Below, one piece after another: positions 47,352 through 56,949 of a DNA stretch of 64,000 bases. Within the stretch, counting starts at the first letter, position 1; every line of letters starts with the position of its first letter. A program made the position numbers and the translations under genes. A model generated the notes under the pieces. That model was given only the letters and a program-made list of their open reading frames with translations, did no database searches and was not told the DNA's origin. This stretch comes from a virus. Where the stretch lies: positions 1 to 64,000 of the IMG/VR virus record IMGVR_UViG_3300037486_000490; one strand, written 5' to 3'.

Positions 47352-48386
47352 CTATAAAAGGTCTTTAAAACTTGGCAGCGTATCCGGCTTGCGTGCCGGT
47401 GCGGTGCCTGTACCACTCAGTTTTTTACTCGACGTACTTCCGGCAAGTCTTTCCCTAAGCTCTTTAGCCTGGAGAGTGTTGGCTTTTGCCATTACCAGTT
47501 TGCCAAGATCGAAGTTCTTGTAGAGAAGGTACTCAAGAGCTACTATGGATTCGGTATCCATTTTTTCCCTTGCGATCTCTCTTGCAGACCTTCCCTGCTT
47601 GTCCACCGGCTTCGCCATCCACTCAAAAAATTTCTTCTTTTCAGCTTCCGGAACCTGTATGCCCCTGATCACACCTGTTGTAATGGTGGTCTCGACATCG
47701 TTCCATAGCTTCCTTGTATCTTCCATCTCCTTGTCCTTGAGCTTCTGCGTGTCTGCGATCACTCTTTGATGCTCGGCTTCGGAGTATTTTGTAAGTTTTG
47801 TCTGTGCAGATTTTGCCTGCTTGAACAGAAGACCAGTGTTAGCGTAGTCATCTATCATCTCTGTAATCTCGGCTTCCTCAAACCCCTGTTTAACCAGGAA
47901 CTTGTTAACAACCGCCCTCTGTGTGGCTTCATCATCTTCCTTGAGAACGACCTTTTCTATCGTTCCTCCGGACACTGCCTCGAAGTATTTTGCCGGATCA
48001 CCACCGTTTATGCGATACCTGGCAAACTCTTCCACCTCGGGGAACTGTCCGAAGAACTCGAGCAGCTGTGCGCCCGCCATCTTCTCGGTGGCTTTTGTCA
48101 CAAAGGACTTCAAGCCGTCTTCATCATCGGGGTATTCCTCACCCTCTTCAAAAGTGTACCCAAGGCTCTCTGCAATGCTTGTGATTATCCTTGGTTCGTC
48201 TGCTTCAGTCTTTTCTTCCGGTGCAGCTTCAGGTTCTTTAACCTCTTCAGGTTCCGGCTTTGCCTGCTCTTTAACAGGAGCCTCTTCTTTCTTTTCTACT
48301 TCAGGAACTTGTTCCTGGACTTCTTCAACTGTTTCCGGAGTCTCACCGAGTAAATCCGTAAACTTCAGGTTTTTCAAATCTATCAT
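47352..48386 (-). CDS. Putative scaffolding protein
   Basis: Acidic E/P-rich N-terminus, helical; between portal and capsid genes; ATG at 48386 preferred over the track start. Confidence 0.7.
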   Translation of the reverse strand: MIDLKNLKFTDLLGETPETVEEVQEQVPEVEKKEEAPVKEQAKPEPEEVKEPEAAPEEKTEADEPRIITSIAESLGYTFEEGEEYPDDEDGLKSFVTKATEKMAGAQLLEFFGQFPEVEEFARYRINGGDPAKYFEAVSGGTIEKVVLKEDDEATQRAVVNKFLVKQGFEEAEITEMIDDYANTGLLFKQAKSAQTKLTKYSEAEHQRVIADTQKLKDKEMEDTRKLWNDVETTITTGVIRGIQVPEAEKKKFFEWMAKPVDKQGRSAREIAREKMDTESIVALEYLLYKNFDLGKLVMAKANTLQAKELRERLAGSTSSKKLSGTGTAPARKPDTLPSFKDLL

Positions 48387-48451
48387 ACTGTACAAATTTA
48401 ATTTCTCACTTATGTATCCTAATTCACTATGCTATAGTGTTATTATATCAA

Positions 48452-50815
48452 CTATTTCTTCTTTGCAGCAGGCTTCTTGGCTGCTTTTGCCTTAATACGG
48501 TCAACCACGAGCTTCTTCTCAGCTACCCTTAGTTTATCTTTTTCAATGCGTTCCTTGGATGCCAGTTCACTCTGCCGCAACTCAATATCGGCTACCCGTG
48601 CAGCACGTTGCTCAGCCAGGGAAGAGTAATGCTTTTCACGGTCCAGGTCAAGCTTCTCCAGTTCTACTGAGTTGTCCTCAGGAGCTTCCACGCTCTCAAC
48701 AGCCATGGACTCTGCGTTGAGTTTGAGGAGCAGAAGTTTTTCATCGGCAAGTCTCTGGAGTTCGTTCTGTTCTGCAGTGAATGCCTGGTTGTCTTCACGC
48801 TCGTTTATCTTGTTCTGCAACTCCATGGCTTTCATCTCCTGTTCAGCCTGACTCATCTGCTGTTCCATTTGAGCAGCTGCCGTCTCAACCTCACCAAGTT
48901 TCATCTTGATCTTGGAGAAACTGTTGCTGTCCAATATTTCTGCAATAGTAGACGGGTTGGCTTTATTCTGTGCAAATTCAAGGGCAAGCGATTTAAGTGC
49001 CTGGAGTTTGTCCTGCTCTTCACCACTCTTCATCACAAATACACCAAAGTCAGAATTGCAGTACATCTCCGGATTTATCTGCAGATATGCCTGGCGGTAG
49101 TCACTGGCGATGTAGGTAGCTTTTTTACCATTAACCCATGCTATCTGGGAGATATCCAGCAGACCCTGCAGGTCACGTTGTTCGACGGTTTCGAACTTGC
49201 GGAACATATCCTCAGTCATGATGGCGCTCTGGTATACAGCCCTTTCAGTTGTACCCTGACCGTCGGATGCCATCACGTTGCCTTTCCTCTGGCGACTGAT
49301 GCCCAGCATCTCTTCCCATTCAGTCTTTACTGCTACAAGCAGTTCGAACTGAGCAGCTATGTATTGACCCAGCGACATATCCAGAACCTGGTAGTTGTTG
49401 AAGGTCACACGCTCCTTGTCCTTGCCTTCGGCAGTGGAATCGATAAATGCAAACCCGTTAGCATCGGCATGGTACATGAATTTCTCCTCGTCCCATCCGT
49501 GACGCTTGGGTATGGTATTGATCTCAATGAGCGCAATCTTGTCCTTGTTCTTTGCTATTGAGAGCTCAAGGCGATAATGGAAGATATTGTACAGGACCTG
49601 GTAGGGAATGCCTAATGAGACAATGCTCACCGGATCGGAGTTTCGGTTTGAATATACTCTTCCATTGTATGGGAGTTTGCAGATGGACGGATTGTTCATC
49701 CTGTTACGCTGCTCCACGATGGGTTTTATGCCCAGATAAATATCCTTGTCAATGCGGTATCCTTCATAGACCTCGTTGATCCAGAACCACTCCACCCATT
49801 CACCAGCATCGGTGTCAGGTTTGTAGATATCGGATACCCTTGTTTCTTCTTCCTGTCCTGTCTGTGGATCCTGGTAATGCAGGATGCCTTCTCTCTTGAA
49901 GGACTTCCACACACCATGATAAACATCTATTAGTTCGCCTGGGAGAGAATTCTGCCCAGCCCTGTTAAGGAAAAAACCATCGGTAGTCCCAGTGTAGAAC
50001 CCACTGCCGGGGCTCTCGAGGTAATCGATTTGCGAGGGTGTGAGCTCATCGTAGAACTTATCCACGATGTCATTGGCGGTCATTGACGATTTCCTCACGC
50101 ATGAGGGAAGATCCTCAATGAACCGTACGTTAGGTACATCCGGGTAGGACAGGTCCATCGGATTGACAATCTCGTAATACGGCTCCTCATGATCTATCGC
50201 CTTATAGGTACAGACTACTCCGGTGACCAGCCAGTCAAAGAATGCAGTCATCAGGTTGTCCGGTATCTCCAGGTAGGACATCATGTACTCCAGAGCTTCA
50301 CCGCCCATAACAGCACGCATGTCCCTGTAGTTCTGCTGGAACTCCTCCTGCACTTTGGCAGGATCCTGCGTCTCTTCGCTCGGATTGCCTGTTGGCAAGC
50401 CTGCTTCATTAAGCTGGTTGATAAACTGCTGCTTGAGGGTTCCCATAACAGCCTGCTGCATCTCTTCTTCTTTCTGGGTGACGGCATCCGCATTCTTTAC
50501 CACAACATGGTAATTCAGCGGACGCTTCGTCTTTTCACCCAGCAGCAGATCAATGATAGGACGTATGATATTGTAATTTCTTACCCTCGAAGGGAGTTTG
50601 TATGTTTTGTTGGTGTTTTTATAGGGGTCTGTAACGTACTTGTATTCAGACGGATCAAGTATTCCATTGTATGAGTCGTAGTATGTTTTGTATGCCGTGT
50701 AGTTGGCAGTGGTTACAAAAGCTGCCGCTATGACTGCATCCAGTGAATCAATACCCCAGTTCTTATCCTTGGAGCCCCTGGATAATTTCTGTTTTGGAAA
50801 ATTTGGAATACTCAT
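48452..50815 (-). CDS. Portal protein
   Basis: 787 aa; FPKQKL, RNYNII.P.IDLLLGE..KRP, KLPYNGR, GISRQRKG; follows TerL. Confidence 0.9.
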   Translation of the reverse strand: MSIPNFPKQKLSRGSKDKNWGIDSLDAVIAAAFVTTANYTAYKTYYDSYNGILDPSEYKYVTDPYKNTNKTYKLPSRVRNYNIIRPIIDLLLGEKTKRPLNYHVVVKNADAVTQKEEEMQQAVMGTLKQQFINQLNEAGLPTGNPSEETQDPAKVQEEFQQNYRDMRAVMGGEALEYMMSYLEIPDNLMTAFFDWLVTGVVCTYKAIDHEEPYYEIVNPMDLSYPDVPNVRFIEDLPSCVRKSSMTANDIVDKFYDELTPSQIDYLESPGSGFYTGTTDGFFLNRAGQNSLPGELIDVYHGVWKSFKREGILHYQDPQTGQEEETRVSDIYKPDTDAGEWVEWFWINEVYEGYRIDKDIYLGIKPIVEQRNRMNNPSICKLPYNGRVYSNRNSDPVSIVSLGIPYQVLYNIFHYRLELSIAKNKDKIALIEINTIPKRHGWDEEKFMYHADANGFAFIDSTAEGKDKERVTFNNYQVLDMSLGQYIAAQFELLVAVKTEWEEMLGISRQRKGNVMASDGQGTTERAVYQSAIMTEDMFRKFETVEQRDLQGLLDISQIAWVNGKKATYIASDYRQAYLQINPEMYCNSDFGVFVMKSGEEQDKLQALKSLALEFAQNKANPSTIAEILDSNSFSKIKMKLGEVETAAAQMEQQMSQAEQEMKAMELQNKINEREDNQAFTAEQNELQRLADEKLLLLKLNAESMAVESVEAPEDNSVELEKLDLDREKHYSSLAEQRAARVADIELRQSELASKERIEKDKLRVAEKKLVVDRIKAKAAKKPAAKKK

Positions 50816-50820
50816 AGGTA

Positions 50821-50828
50821 CAAATTTA
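50821..50828 (-). promoter_or_regulatory. Bacteroidota sigma70 -7 element (TAAATTTG) just upstream of the portal gene
   Basis: Matches TAnnTTTG; the same element is at 48393-48400 (scaffold), 21808-21815 and 57882-57889 on the minus strand. Confidence 0.5.
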
Positions 50829-50882
50829 TCGTTGACAAAGGGGGATCGGCTGTAAGTGCATATACCTTATATTATATACTAT

Positions 50883-52928
50883 TTAGAAGAAGCTTCTGTC
50901 CCAGAATGATCCTTCGGATGTCTCCTGGGCTTCGATCACCTGTTTTTTATACAAATCCTTCATATGGTACATTCCCACTATCATAGCGGAAACCCTGTCG
51001 AAGTTTCCTTCGCCGTAACGTATCAGTTCGTCCAGCAGCTGTAGGTCGTAGATATAATGCAGGTTCAACTTGTCCTTGCCATCATCGCCCTTTCCGCGGT
51101 GCATTATCAACCAGTCCCTGAGATAAATCTGTCCCTGACCCTTGCGCTCCTTGTTTGAGATGCTCATGCCGTAGGTACGTCCGAGCTTGCGAATGTTGAT
51201 GTTTTCCCGCTTGTCTATTATCTCCACCTCTTCCAGCAGCCAGCGCAGCTTATGCGTGCGCTTGGCATACTCCACCACGTTACCACGGTCATTTTCAAAT
51301 CCTATGCGTGCGTTGTAATACTCAGCCAGCATAAAGAGTACTTCGTTGTACTCGTCCTGCGACCCGGGTCTACCCACCCATGAGGCGACTATCATATCGT
51401 CAGGCTTGGATAGGGGGTTAATACGCTTTAAGACATACGCTGCACCGAGGGAGTTGCCACCGGAATCATCCTGTGCATAAGGGTCGCAGCATATAATGTA
51501 CATGTTATCGGGGATAACTCCGTCTGAGGAATAGAAGGGAGCCTGGTACACGGTCACGCATCCATGGATATTGTCTCCCTTTTCATGGGGGAACTTGGCT
51601 ACGGGACGAGCACTGTCCGAAGGTTTAAAGATCGTCTTGGCTTCAACACTCGTAGTAAGGAATCCGTTGACAGCCACGTTCTTATACAGCCCATGGGTAA
51701 AAATGTGGTTACGCCATTCAGAGATTGCCACCGTGGGGAATATATTCCCCGTTGTCCGAAGAAATGCTTCCCGAGGGGAGAAGGGACGTTCGGTAACATA
51801 CTTGTCAAGGATCGCCGGTGACTTGGCGGTAGTGCGTATATTCTCACGTTTTGCTTCTTCATATTCGCGCGCTGTCTGCCTATTGGAGTTTCCGTTGGAG
51901 TCTATGAACCCCTTTTTGTTTTGGTAATCAGGAAAGAAGAACCCGCAGTAAGTGCCGCGCGCATCATCGTCCCATATGTTCTCAACCGGGTAAAGGTTGT
52001 AAGGCTCGGGGTTATAGAACATCGACTCGAAGTCAATGGTACCACCTTCCATGTCACCACCAGTACCGTACAGCAGTATCTGACCGGTGATCAGCGCCCC
52101 ATCTTCTACAGCTGACTGGGTCGCCAGGTAAGAAGCCTTAAGGTTGTTGAATTTACCGCACTCCTCAAATAGGATGAGAGATGCATCCTTACCACGGGCG
52201 GCGTCCGGGTTATCAGCGAATGTGGTAGCGATTATCTGCGACCGGTAGCCTTTTTCGACATAGATCCCATTTATTTGTTCCAGATATGATGCCTTCACAT
52301 GCTCCATACGGTTGGTCACACCCCGGCGCTTTGTCCAGGCGGTATGCTCGTTCATGAAGTTCAGGTTGTCCACGATCATGCTCATGGTACCGTTGGGATA
52401 GAGGTACTTCTTATCGAATGCACCCACGAGCGTTATGGAGTCCCTGATAGTGTTGTACTTATTGGCTGCCTTGTCCGCATTCTTATAGGAATATCCTTTT
52501 CTTCGTGCCTTGCCGCAGATGACATGGTGACCACCATCTATCCACAGGGGTTTCTGATCCAGCAGTAATGCCTTAAGCTTTTCAGGGTCAATGCCCTTTT
52601 CCGCTATCTCGATGTGCCAGTAGTACTCATAATCTCCGTCCCAGAAGTCCGGGAAAGTCACGGTCTTTGTCTTGTACCGGGTCTTGCGCTTGGTAACTCC
52701 CGGAATCTCATCCACATCTTCGGTGAGTTTGATCTGCCCGAAGTTCAGGTAATGGTAATGATCGCCTGTAATCTGTTTTCCACCCGAGCTGTATCCATTA
52801 ATACACCGGCGCAGCTGCTCGTTCCAATATTCCATGTAACCCATGGAACTTGGAGGATCGTCGCAGTATCGCCCGTATTTGAGGAAAGTCTTGGCTTCCT
52901 CACGGAACATCTCGGTGTTAACCCACAT
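50883..52928 (-). CDS. terL: Terminase large subunit
   Basis: Walker A GKARRKGYS, Walker B LILFEECG, YGTGG, nuclease DPY and NFDRVSA. Confidence 0.93.
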   Translation of the reverse strand: MWVNTEMFREEAKTFLKYGRYCDDPPSSMGYMEYWNEQLRRCINGYSSGGKQITGDHYHYLNFGQIKLTEDVDEIPGVTKRKTRYKTKTVTFPDFWDGDYEYYWHIEIAEKGIDPEKLKALLLDQKPLWIDGGHHVICGKARRKGYSYKNADKAANKYNTIRDSITLVGAFDKKYLYPNGTMSMIVDNLNFMNEHTAWTKRRGVTNRMEHVKASYLEQINGIYVEKGYRSQIIATTFADNPDAARGKDASLILFEECGKFNNLKASYLATQSAVEDGALITGQILLYGTGGDMEGGTIDFESMFYNPEPYNLYPVENIWDDDARGTYCGFFFPDYQNKKGFIDSNGNSNRQTAREYEEAKRENIRTTAKSPAILDKYVTERPFSPREAFLRTTGNIFPTVAISEWRNHIFTHGLYKNVAVNGFLTTSVEAKTIFKPSDSARPVAKFPHEKGDNIHGCVTVYQAPFYSSDGVIPDNMYIICCDPYAQDDSGGNSLGAAYVLKRINPLSKPDDMIVASWVGRPGSQDEYNEVLFMLAEYYNARIGFENDRGNVVEYAKRTHKLRWLLEEVEIIDKRENINIRKLGRTYGMSISNKERKGQGQIYLRDWLIMHRGKGDDGKDKLNLHYIYDLQLLDELIRYGEGNFDRVSAMIVGMYHMKDLYKKQVIEAQETSEGSFWDRSFF

Positions 52929-53890
52929 TACAGAGTGATAACTTGTCTTTTCTGTGATTCGGGCGTATAAAGGACCTCATGGAACGCATAACGCCCGTCT
53001 GCAAAAATATCCACATATCCGTACCCCCAATGAACTACTTTCGACATGCGCAGAGATCCATACTTGGTCATAGCCCCTTGCAGGGCAGGAAGCACCACCG
53101 CTGTCCGGAACCCGTCATCTATACGAATGAACGTATGGGTATGAGAACGGACTACTATGTCAGCGGTAGGGTTGTTCTCCAGCTGCGCCCAGAGGTCGCT
53201 CCAGAGAGCATCCTTAAGCAAAGGAGTTGCAGCTCCGTAAGGTGTTGAAGACCCTCCGGTATGATGCTTTACGTTGAAGATCACCCCGCCTATACTCAGC
53301 AGGTTCTCAGCATTAAGCATTGCACCAGTCTGCTGGGCAATGTTATACTCAAAAGCTTCCCCATCACCCGTATGATACGGAGTGCCATAGGTGATAACAT
53401 TGATCTTGGCTCCTACGGTGTCTATCACCTTAACAGCCATATCCACCTGGATATTCCGGTCAGTGGTAAGCAGTTCCGTACCTTTGCTCTTCTTACCGTC
53501 CCCGTCAATGAGATCGCCGTTGAAGATCGCATGTGTAAACGGTCTAAGACTATCGATGGATGCCGTAAAGAAGTCCCAGGACTCCCTTTCGAATTCTGCA
53601 AAGATCTTGTCTACTGCAGAATCCAGCGGAAGCTGGTACCCCTGTGGGGTGAGACCTGCCTTATGCCCGCAGTGAAAATCACCGGCAAGCAGTACCCTGT
53701 ACTTGGGTCGCTCCCTCAGTGCCTCCCTCATTGGCTCCTCGTTCAGAAGAACAAAGTTGAGCATGGTGGCTTCCCTGAGGGAAATGCCAAGCAGTTTAAT
53801 CAGTTCAGGATTACCTGCCTTAGGATGCATCCTTTTATAAGCGAATATTTTTGCCAATTCAATCGACGAGTATTTCCTTGGTATAGCCAT
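52928..53890 (-). CDS. Calcineurin-like metallophosphoesterase
   Basis: GDFHCG, NGDLIDG, GTPYH, KHH, SHTH. Confidence 0.85.
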   Translation of the reverse strand: MAIPRKYSSIELAKIFAYKRMHPKAGNPELIKLLGISLREATMLNFVLLNEEPMREALRERPKYRVLLAGDFHCGHKAGLTPQGYQLPLDSAVDKIFAEFERESWDFFTASIDSLRPFTHAIFNGDLIDGDGKKSKGTELLTTDRNIQVDMAVKVIDTVGAKINVITYGTPYHTGDGEAFEYNIAQQTGAMLNAENLLSIGGVIFNVKHHTGGSSTPYGAATPLLKDALWSDLWAQLENNPTADIVVRSHTHTFIRIDDGFRTAVVLPALQGAMTKYGSLRMSKVVHWGYGYVDIFADGRYAFHEVLYTPESQKRQVITL

Positions 53891-53892
53891 AA

Positions 53893-54489
53893 TTAGTTTT
53901 CAAATGAATTAATATCACCACCGCCACGGATCTTGCGTCCGTTGCTCTGTTCCATTTTTACCTTTTCCTCAAGGTCCTCAAGCGTGCCTATTGCCTTTGG
54001 CAGCTTATCGGCAAGCACCAGGAGACTGGAAACAGACTGCACAATACTGTTAATCTCTTCTATATCGGATTCATCCTCACCTTCTGCAGGCGGAGTATTG
54101 AATGCAACCAGGCGATCCTCGATGCGCGAGCGCAGTGTTTCTATAACCTTGGTTGATGTCATCAGCGATTCGCGAATTGCGATAAGGGTACTGATGGAAG
54201 GGGTACGCTGTAGCTCGTCGTACTTGAGCTGAGCATCTATTACACCCTTGTCCGGTGTCCAGTCGGGGGACAGACCAAGCTCCCGCTTGACCCTCTGGAT
54301 GCGTTCGTCCTTGGGATAGATGATATACGGAGACTTGTAGTCAGTGACGAAGTAGATGAATGCAAGTTCCTGGAACGAGCGTTTCTTCTCCGGGGTCTTA
54401 TCTCTGCGAATAAGAGCAGCAAACTCCGGGATCACCTTGACCTCCGGAGCTATGACTATTTGGTGGTTTTCTTCTGAGAAGACTCCCAT
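53893..54489 (-). CDS. Conserved crAss protein upstream of TerL (terminase small subunit candidate)
   Basis: RRDK..EK....ELAFIYF..DYKSPY and C-terminal IRGG; synteny. Confidence 0.6.
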   Translation of the reverse strand: MGVFSEENHQIVIAPEVKVIPEFAALIRRDKTPEKKRSFQELAFIYFVTDYKSPYIIYPKDERIQRVKRELGLSPDWTPDKGVIDAQLKYDELQRTPSISTLIAIRESLMTSTKVIETLRSRIEDRLVAFNTPPAEGEDESDIEEINSIVQSVSSLLVLADKLPKAIGTLEDLEEKVKMEQSNGRKIRGGGDINSFEN

Positions 54490-54737
54490 GTCTGAGTTTG
54501 TTCATCCAGCCGACGATTAGCCATCGACTCATTAAGCTTCTTAAGCCTACCAGGTTTCACATGGAACTTCCCGAGGTACGGGAGACTGACGGTCTCAAAG
54601 CCGCTGTGTTCCATCATGTAAGTTGTATACTTGCTCTGGGTGCGCACGATGGACATTATCTCTTCCACAGGTGCACCTATCTCTTTACTGATCTCCCTGC
54701 ATATCTGCACTTCAAGATCACTCTTGGGGTATGCCAT
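54456..54737 (-). CDS. IHF/HU-like DNA-binding protein
   Basis: 93 aa; V.LPYLGKF.VK HU-type arm motif. Confidence 0.75.
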   Translation of the reverse strand: MAYPKSDLEVQICREISKEIGAPVEEIMSIVRTQSKYTTYMMEHSGFETVSLPYLGKFHVKPGRLKKLNESMANRRLDEQTQTWESSQKKTTK

Positions 54738-55069
54738 CAGCGCTTAATGAACTTAAAGCAAAGACCATTGCGAAAGTTTTCGGGATCAAGCACCGGGTTA
54801 TAGGAGTAGAGCCCTATGCCGTTTACCAGGAGAACGCCCTTATCCTTGAACTTCTTAATGTAGTTGTTCAGAACTGCGACATTCTTCATTGCGCATTTTT
54901 TCACAACCGCTTCCTTGAACTCATGCGTACAAGGATCGGTAGTGGATGTCTGGAGAAACGCCTCCAGCACCTTAAGTTCTTTGTTTGAAAGTTTCAGAAG
55001 CCCGTTCAGGACTTCAAGGTAGGAGCTGATAAAAGTCTCCTCATGTACCTGGATGTTCAGTGTCTTCAT
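54737..55069 (-). CDS. Winged-helix DNA-binding protein
   Basis: LSNKELKVL...LNNYIKKFKDKGVL...YNP. Confidence 0.65.
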   Translation of the reverse strand: MKTLNIQVHEETFISSYLEVLNGLLKLSNKELKVLEAFLQTSTTDPCTHEFKEAVVKKCAMKNVAVLNNYIKKFKDKGVLLVNGIGLYSYNPVLDPENFRNGLCFKFIKR

Positions 55070-55343
55070 TATGCTGTTTTACATTTTGTACTTTGCGTGC
55101 GAGTCGCTTCTTCAGAAGCCGTCTGATGCTTTTAAGAAGGAAGATGGTGTTCTGGTTCTCTGCCGAGTACCTTACCTTCTGCAGGTGGTAGAAGCGCTCG
55201 ATCATCATGTCGATCACTTCTTCGTTGGTAGTACCGTTGCTGTAGCCGCCGGCGGGTAGTTTCTCCGTAAATCTCAATTGTTGTGAACTGTCCCCGTTAA
55301 AGTTGAGTAGTTCGAACTCTGCACCCTCTTTAATTACTTTCAT
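55041..55343 (-). CDS. Tad1/Acb2-like small helical-hairpin protein (putative immune-signal sponge)
   Basis: ATG at 55343: MKVIKEGAEFELLNF...QLRF..K...NGTTNEEVIDMMIERFYHLQ...S.EN; pattern resembles Tad1-family proteins. Confidence 0.6.
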   Translation of the reverse strand: MKVIKEGAEFELLNFNGDSSQQLRFTEKLPAGGYSNGTTNEEVIDMMIERFYHLQKVRYSAENQNTIFLLKSIRRLLKKRLARKVQNVKQHNEDTEHPGT

Positions 55344-55345
55344 AG

Positions 55346-55488
55346 TAACAGAATAATATATCGTATATGCAACAAATATATTACTCAATGCAAATATAAT
55401 CAGAATAATGTTCTGTTTAACCGCTGGTATATAGACTTTTTGTATTTAGTTATCAACTTCTTACGTCAAACGGAATATTATGTAACTT
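55346..55488. promoter_or_regulatory. Divergent promoter region with three operator-like 21-mers
   Basis: TATATTTG x2 on the minus strand (55373-55380, 55391-55398) and TAACTTTG on the plus strand (55483-55490); AACAGAATAAT-type sites at 55346, 55398 and 55468. Confidence 0.55.
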
Positions 55489-55522
55489 TGGGTAAACAAA
55501 ATGTCCCCCGAGAGGGGGTCAT

Positions 55523-55733
55523 CCGTACTTCTTCCGTACTCGTAATGTACTTTGTTCTCGTAACTTGTTGATAATCAATCTAAGCGGCGGTGCGGACGGG
55601 ACTCGAACCCGCGACCCTCGCAGCGATTTTGAAGGGTATAACCTTAAATTCTTCTCCAAAGTATCAGGGTATACCTTTATAAAGTTCCGAATAAAAGTTT
55701 TCCGAGTACGGATCAAGTACGGGAAGCCGTACT
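55523..55733. mobile_element. attP-like attachment site with a tRNA-Asp 3'-end core and arm-type repeats
   Basis: 55587-55617 reverse complement GGGTCGCGGGTTCGAGTCCCGTCCGCACCGC (T-arm and 3' acceptor strand only); CCGTACT at 55523, 55534 and 55727; AGTACGG at 55705 and 55716; directly upstream of the integrase. Confidence 0.8.
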
Positions 55734-55752
55734 CCAATCTAAAATCTAAACC

Positions 55753-56949
55753 ATGCCCAGCATTAAAGTCAGAAAGTATGGAAACTCGGTTTACGTGATC
55801 TATGTTCATCGTAACCAAAAACTGAAAGTTTACACCGGGGTAAAGGTCGATGACCTGCATTGGAACCTGTCTGTCCCGAGGAAGAGCTGTCCCAACTACG
55901 ACAATGTGCTTGCCCAAATTAACCAGATGGAAACACGCCTTCTGAACGCTTCCATGAAGGTACGTACGATGGGTATAGACCCGACAGTTGACAGGGTGAG
56001 GATGGAGCTTAAAGCACAGGAGGTGGTAAAGGAAGCGGAGAAACCCTTCTGGGAAATATACAACACCTATCTCCTTACGCGCACCTTCAAACCTCCGACA
56101 CGCCAAAAGGTGGAGATCCATAAGAAGATGCTGCAGTTCTTCTGCACCTGGTCGGGCTATGAGTTCGATATAAAGACCTGGGACAAGCTCGCCTTTGGCA
56201 GGTTGATACAATACCTATTGTTCACACAGAAGATGGCAGACTCAACTATAGACCGGTTGGTAAGAGGTGTGAAAGCTTTTCTCCGGTTTGCTTATCCTAC
56301 GGTTGACCTGTCGTGGATGAAGTACAAACTCCTGAGTACTGAAGAGACCGTGGTGGCACTTTCGGATGGGGAGCTTAAGTATCTTATCGACGCTGACCTC
56401 GGCGGTTACCTGGAGAAGACCAGGGACCTATTCGTGTTCCTCGCCACTACCGGTATGCGCTTTTCAGATAGCCAGCTGTTCAATCCGACCTGGGTAACCG
56501 AGGAACAGATACTGGAATTCAACCAGCATAAGACCGGCGGGAAAGCTTATCCTCCCTTATACGAGGTATCCCGCAGGATCCTCTCCAAGTACAACGGTAT
56601 ACCTCCCCAGATCTCCAACCAGAAGTTCAATGATTACCTGAAAGTCCTGTTTGAGGAGCTTAAGTTCTCCAGATCCATTACCTCTAACATCGTCCGCAAT
56701 AAGGTTGTATTCACCTCAGTTGCCCCATTAAGTGAGGTAATCTCCTCACATACAGCGCGTCGTACATTTATTTCTCTCTGCCTGTCCCATGGAATACCGA
56801 TCCAGGATGTGATGAAAATGTCTGGTCACGCCGATTATAAGTCCATGAGACCCTATATCCGAGTCACCCGTCAGCACCTTCGTACAGTAGCCGATAGGTG
56901 GAATCCCGGGGCAACTGTAGAAGGATCAGGAAGTTCGGGAGGTTTGTAA
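55753..56949 (+). CDS. int: Tyrosine integrase (Bacteroidota type with arm-binding and SAM-like domains)
   Basis: RDLFVFLATTGMRFSD, ISNQKFNDYLK, SSHTARRTF, MSGH, PY catalytic R-H-R-H-Y set. Confidence 0.93.
   Translation: MPSIKVRKYGNSVYVIYVHRNQKLKVYTGVKVDDLHWNLSVPRKSCPNYDNVLAQINQMETRLLNASMKVRTMGIDPTVDRVRMELKAQEVVKEAEKPFWEIYNTYLLTRTFKPPTRQKVEIHKKMLQFFCTWSGYEFDIKTWDKLAFGRLIQYLLFTQKMADSTIDRLVRGVKAFLRFAYPTVDLSWMKYKLLSTEETVVALSDGELKYLIDADLGGYLEKTRDLFVFLATTGMRFSDSQLFNPTWVTEEQILEFNQHKTGGKAYPPLYEVSRRILSKYNGIPPQISNQKFNDYLKVLFEELKFSRSITSNIVRNKVVFTSVAPLSEVISSHTARRTFISLCLSHGIPIQDVMKMSGHADYKSMRPYIRVTRQHLRTVADRWNPGATVEGSGSSGGL

Noticed and set aside
50883-52928. Intron or intein in TerL or the major capsid gene
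   Set aside because: Both are uninterrupted and of ordinary length, with no intein motifs noticed
44271-54232. Long plus-strand ORFs opposite amidase, scaffold, portal and phosphoesterase genes
   Set aside because: Antisense shadows of well-supported minus-strand genes
55587-55617. Functional tRNA-Asp gene
   Set aside because: Only the T-arm and 3' acceptor strand are present; treated as an att core
55519-56211. 230-aa minus-strand ORF
   Set aside because: Antisense to the integrase and runs across attP; no recognisable domain
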